DNA of 64,000 nucleotides from Naegleria gruberi (Eukaryota): NCBI GenBank assembly GCA_000004985.1, contig GG738922.1; one strand, 5' to 3'. Shown piece by piece: positions 63,182 to 64,000 of this stretch (position 1 is its first letter; each line of letters starts with the position of its first letter). The notes under the pieces were generated by a model. It saw only the letters and a program-made list of their open reading frames with translations, ran no database searches and was not told where the DNA came from. The position numbers and the translations under genes were made by a program.

Positions 63182-64000
63182 ATGAAACAAACCATCTTCT
63201 TTTTCATATTACTATCATTTATTTTGCTGCTGCTGTCAATCTCTTCAACTGATGCCTGCAACTGCAATGGACGAGGACTTTGTAATATTCTTGCTAATAC
63301 TTGCGTTTGTAAAGATATTAATGCAGTGAATTCTCTATCTGGAGGTCAGACGCTAGCTGCTGGATCAGCACTCGTCTCATCGAATGGTTTATTCAGAGCA
63401 GAGATGCGAACAGATGGCACTTTCATTGTAATTGGAGGTGATGGACAGAATTATACGAGAACTGGAACAGCTGGTTCTGGATTGTTATTTACCACAAATG
63501 GAGTATTACAGATTGGACTCTCTATTATATCGACAGTGTTGAGTTTATTGAATTCTTCACCCATGTTAGTATTGAGAAATGATGGAGAATTGGCCATTTA
63601 TTCACAACCATTGCTTGGATCAGTTACTTTGGAATGGGGAAGTGGAACTGGAGCTGCTATTGCTCCAACAAGTGATGATTATTTATATGGAGGATCAAAT
63701 TGTGAAATTGCAAAATGTGGAGGTTTATTACCAAGTGCTCCACTTGTTTGTTCCAGTAAGGGAACATGTAATGGTTTGGGAGAGTGCATTTGTAGTGATG
63801 GATATTTTGGAGGATTGTGTAATGTATTGTCGTGTGCTGGGATTTCTCAATTGAATGGTTCGGTTTGTTCTGGAAAGGGAACTTGTGATGGTATGAATTT
63901 GTGTAATTGTCAAAATGGATTTTTGGGATCGACATGTGAAGCTTTTAAATGTTTCGACAAGTTTATGAATGATACTAATGTCTGTAATTTGGGATCTTGT
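63182..64000 (+). CDS. secreted bulb-type (B-type) lectin domain plus EGF-like repeat protein, N-terminal part (runs off window end)
   Basis: ATG at 63182 with signal peptide MKQTIFFFILLSFILLLLSISS. SSNGLFRAEMRTDGTFIVIGGDG and LVLRNDGELAIYS fit B-lectin motifs (Q-x-D-x-N-x-V-x-Y-type). Cys-rich tenascin-type EGF repeats follow (CSSKGTCNGLGECICSDGYFGGLCN.., CSGKGTCDGMNLCNCQNGFLGSTCE). No stop before 64000, so absent from the ORF track. Confidence 0.6.
   Translation, partial: MKQTIFFFILLSFILLLLSISSTDACNCNGRGLCNILANTCVCKDINAVNSLSGGQTLAAGSALVSSNGLFRAEMRTDGTFIVIGGDGQNYTRTGTAGSGLLFTTNGVLQIGLSIISTVLSLLNSSPMLVLRNDGELAIYSQPLLGSVTLEWGSGTGAAIAPTSDDYLYGGSNCEIAKCGGLLPSAPLVCSSKGTCNGLGECICSDGYFGGLCNVLSCAGISQLNGSVCSGKGTCDGMNLCNCQNGFLGSTCEAFKCFDKFMNDTNVCNLGSC

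Overview
This is a gene-dense window (about one gene per 2 kb) of AT-rich eukaryotic nuclear DNA, not prokaryotic. It contains no CRISPR array, operon or obvious mobile element.

The eukaryotic call rests on several hallmarks. There are spliceosomal introns of 38-217 nt with GTAAGT/GTATGT donors and AG acceptors. There are A-runs immediately 5' of ATG starts, two nuclear-type tRNA genes, a dispersed 5S rRNA gene with a T8 Pol III terminator, and Asn/Gln/Ser-rich low-complexity protein tracts.

Recognisable housekeeping genes are CCT gamma (a chaperonin subunit), dynein light intermediate chain, the H/ACA snoRNP protein Nhp2, a Vps8-like WD40 giant, a TPR protein, a phospholipid scramblase, a membrane-anchored subtilase, a class-I glutamine-amidotransferase/C26-like protein, a secreted alpha/beta hydrolase, an NHL-repeat protein, an RCC1-like protein and a Zn2Cys6 'fungal_trans'-type transcription factor.

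Lineage is uncertain. The Zn2Cys6 factor, NmrA-like gene and yeast-like introns lean fungal. The B-lectin/EGF protein and the seven F-box-like genes in 64 kb, several with leucine-rich repeats, would also fit an amoebozoan.

The ORF track uses TTG/GTG/CTG as well as ATG starts, and many of its ORF ends are intron read-through. I re-modelled about 14 genes as spliced, giving exon coordinates in the evidence; these are hand-derived and may be off by 1-2 nt. Two genes absent from the track were found at the window edges (1..423 minus, 63182..64000 plus), and one small 4-exon membrane-protein gene was found inside an 'empty' gap.

The most unusual items are:
- an eIF5/eIF2-beta-type zinc-ribbon domain fused in one ORF to a Nudix-like domain;
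- a secreted Lys/Gly-rich protein of about 767 aa built of roughly 84-aa tandem modules behind a cationic amphipathic, antimicrobial-peptide-like leader, with phase-1 introns at module boundaries;
- a VLRF1 (Vms1/ANKZF1-type) release-factor domain on an F-box-like N-terminus;
- a frameshifted NmrA-like gene.

I do not see a self-contained novel 'system' in the prokaryotic-defence sense. The candidates above are single-gene novelties.
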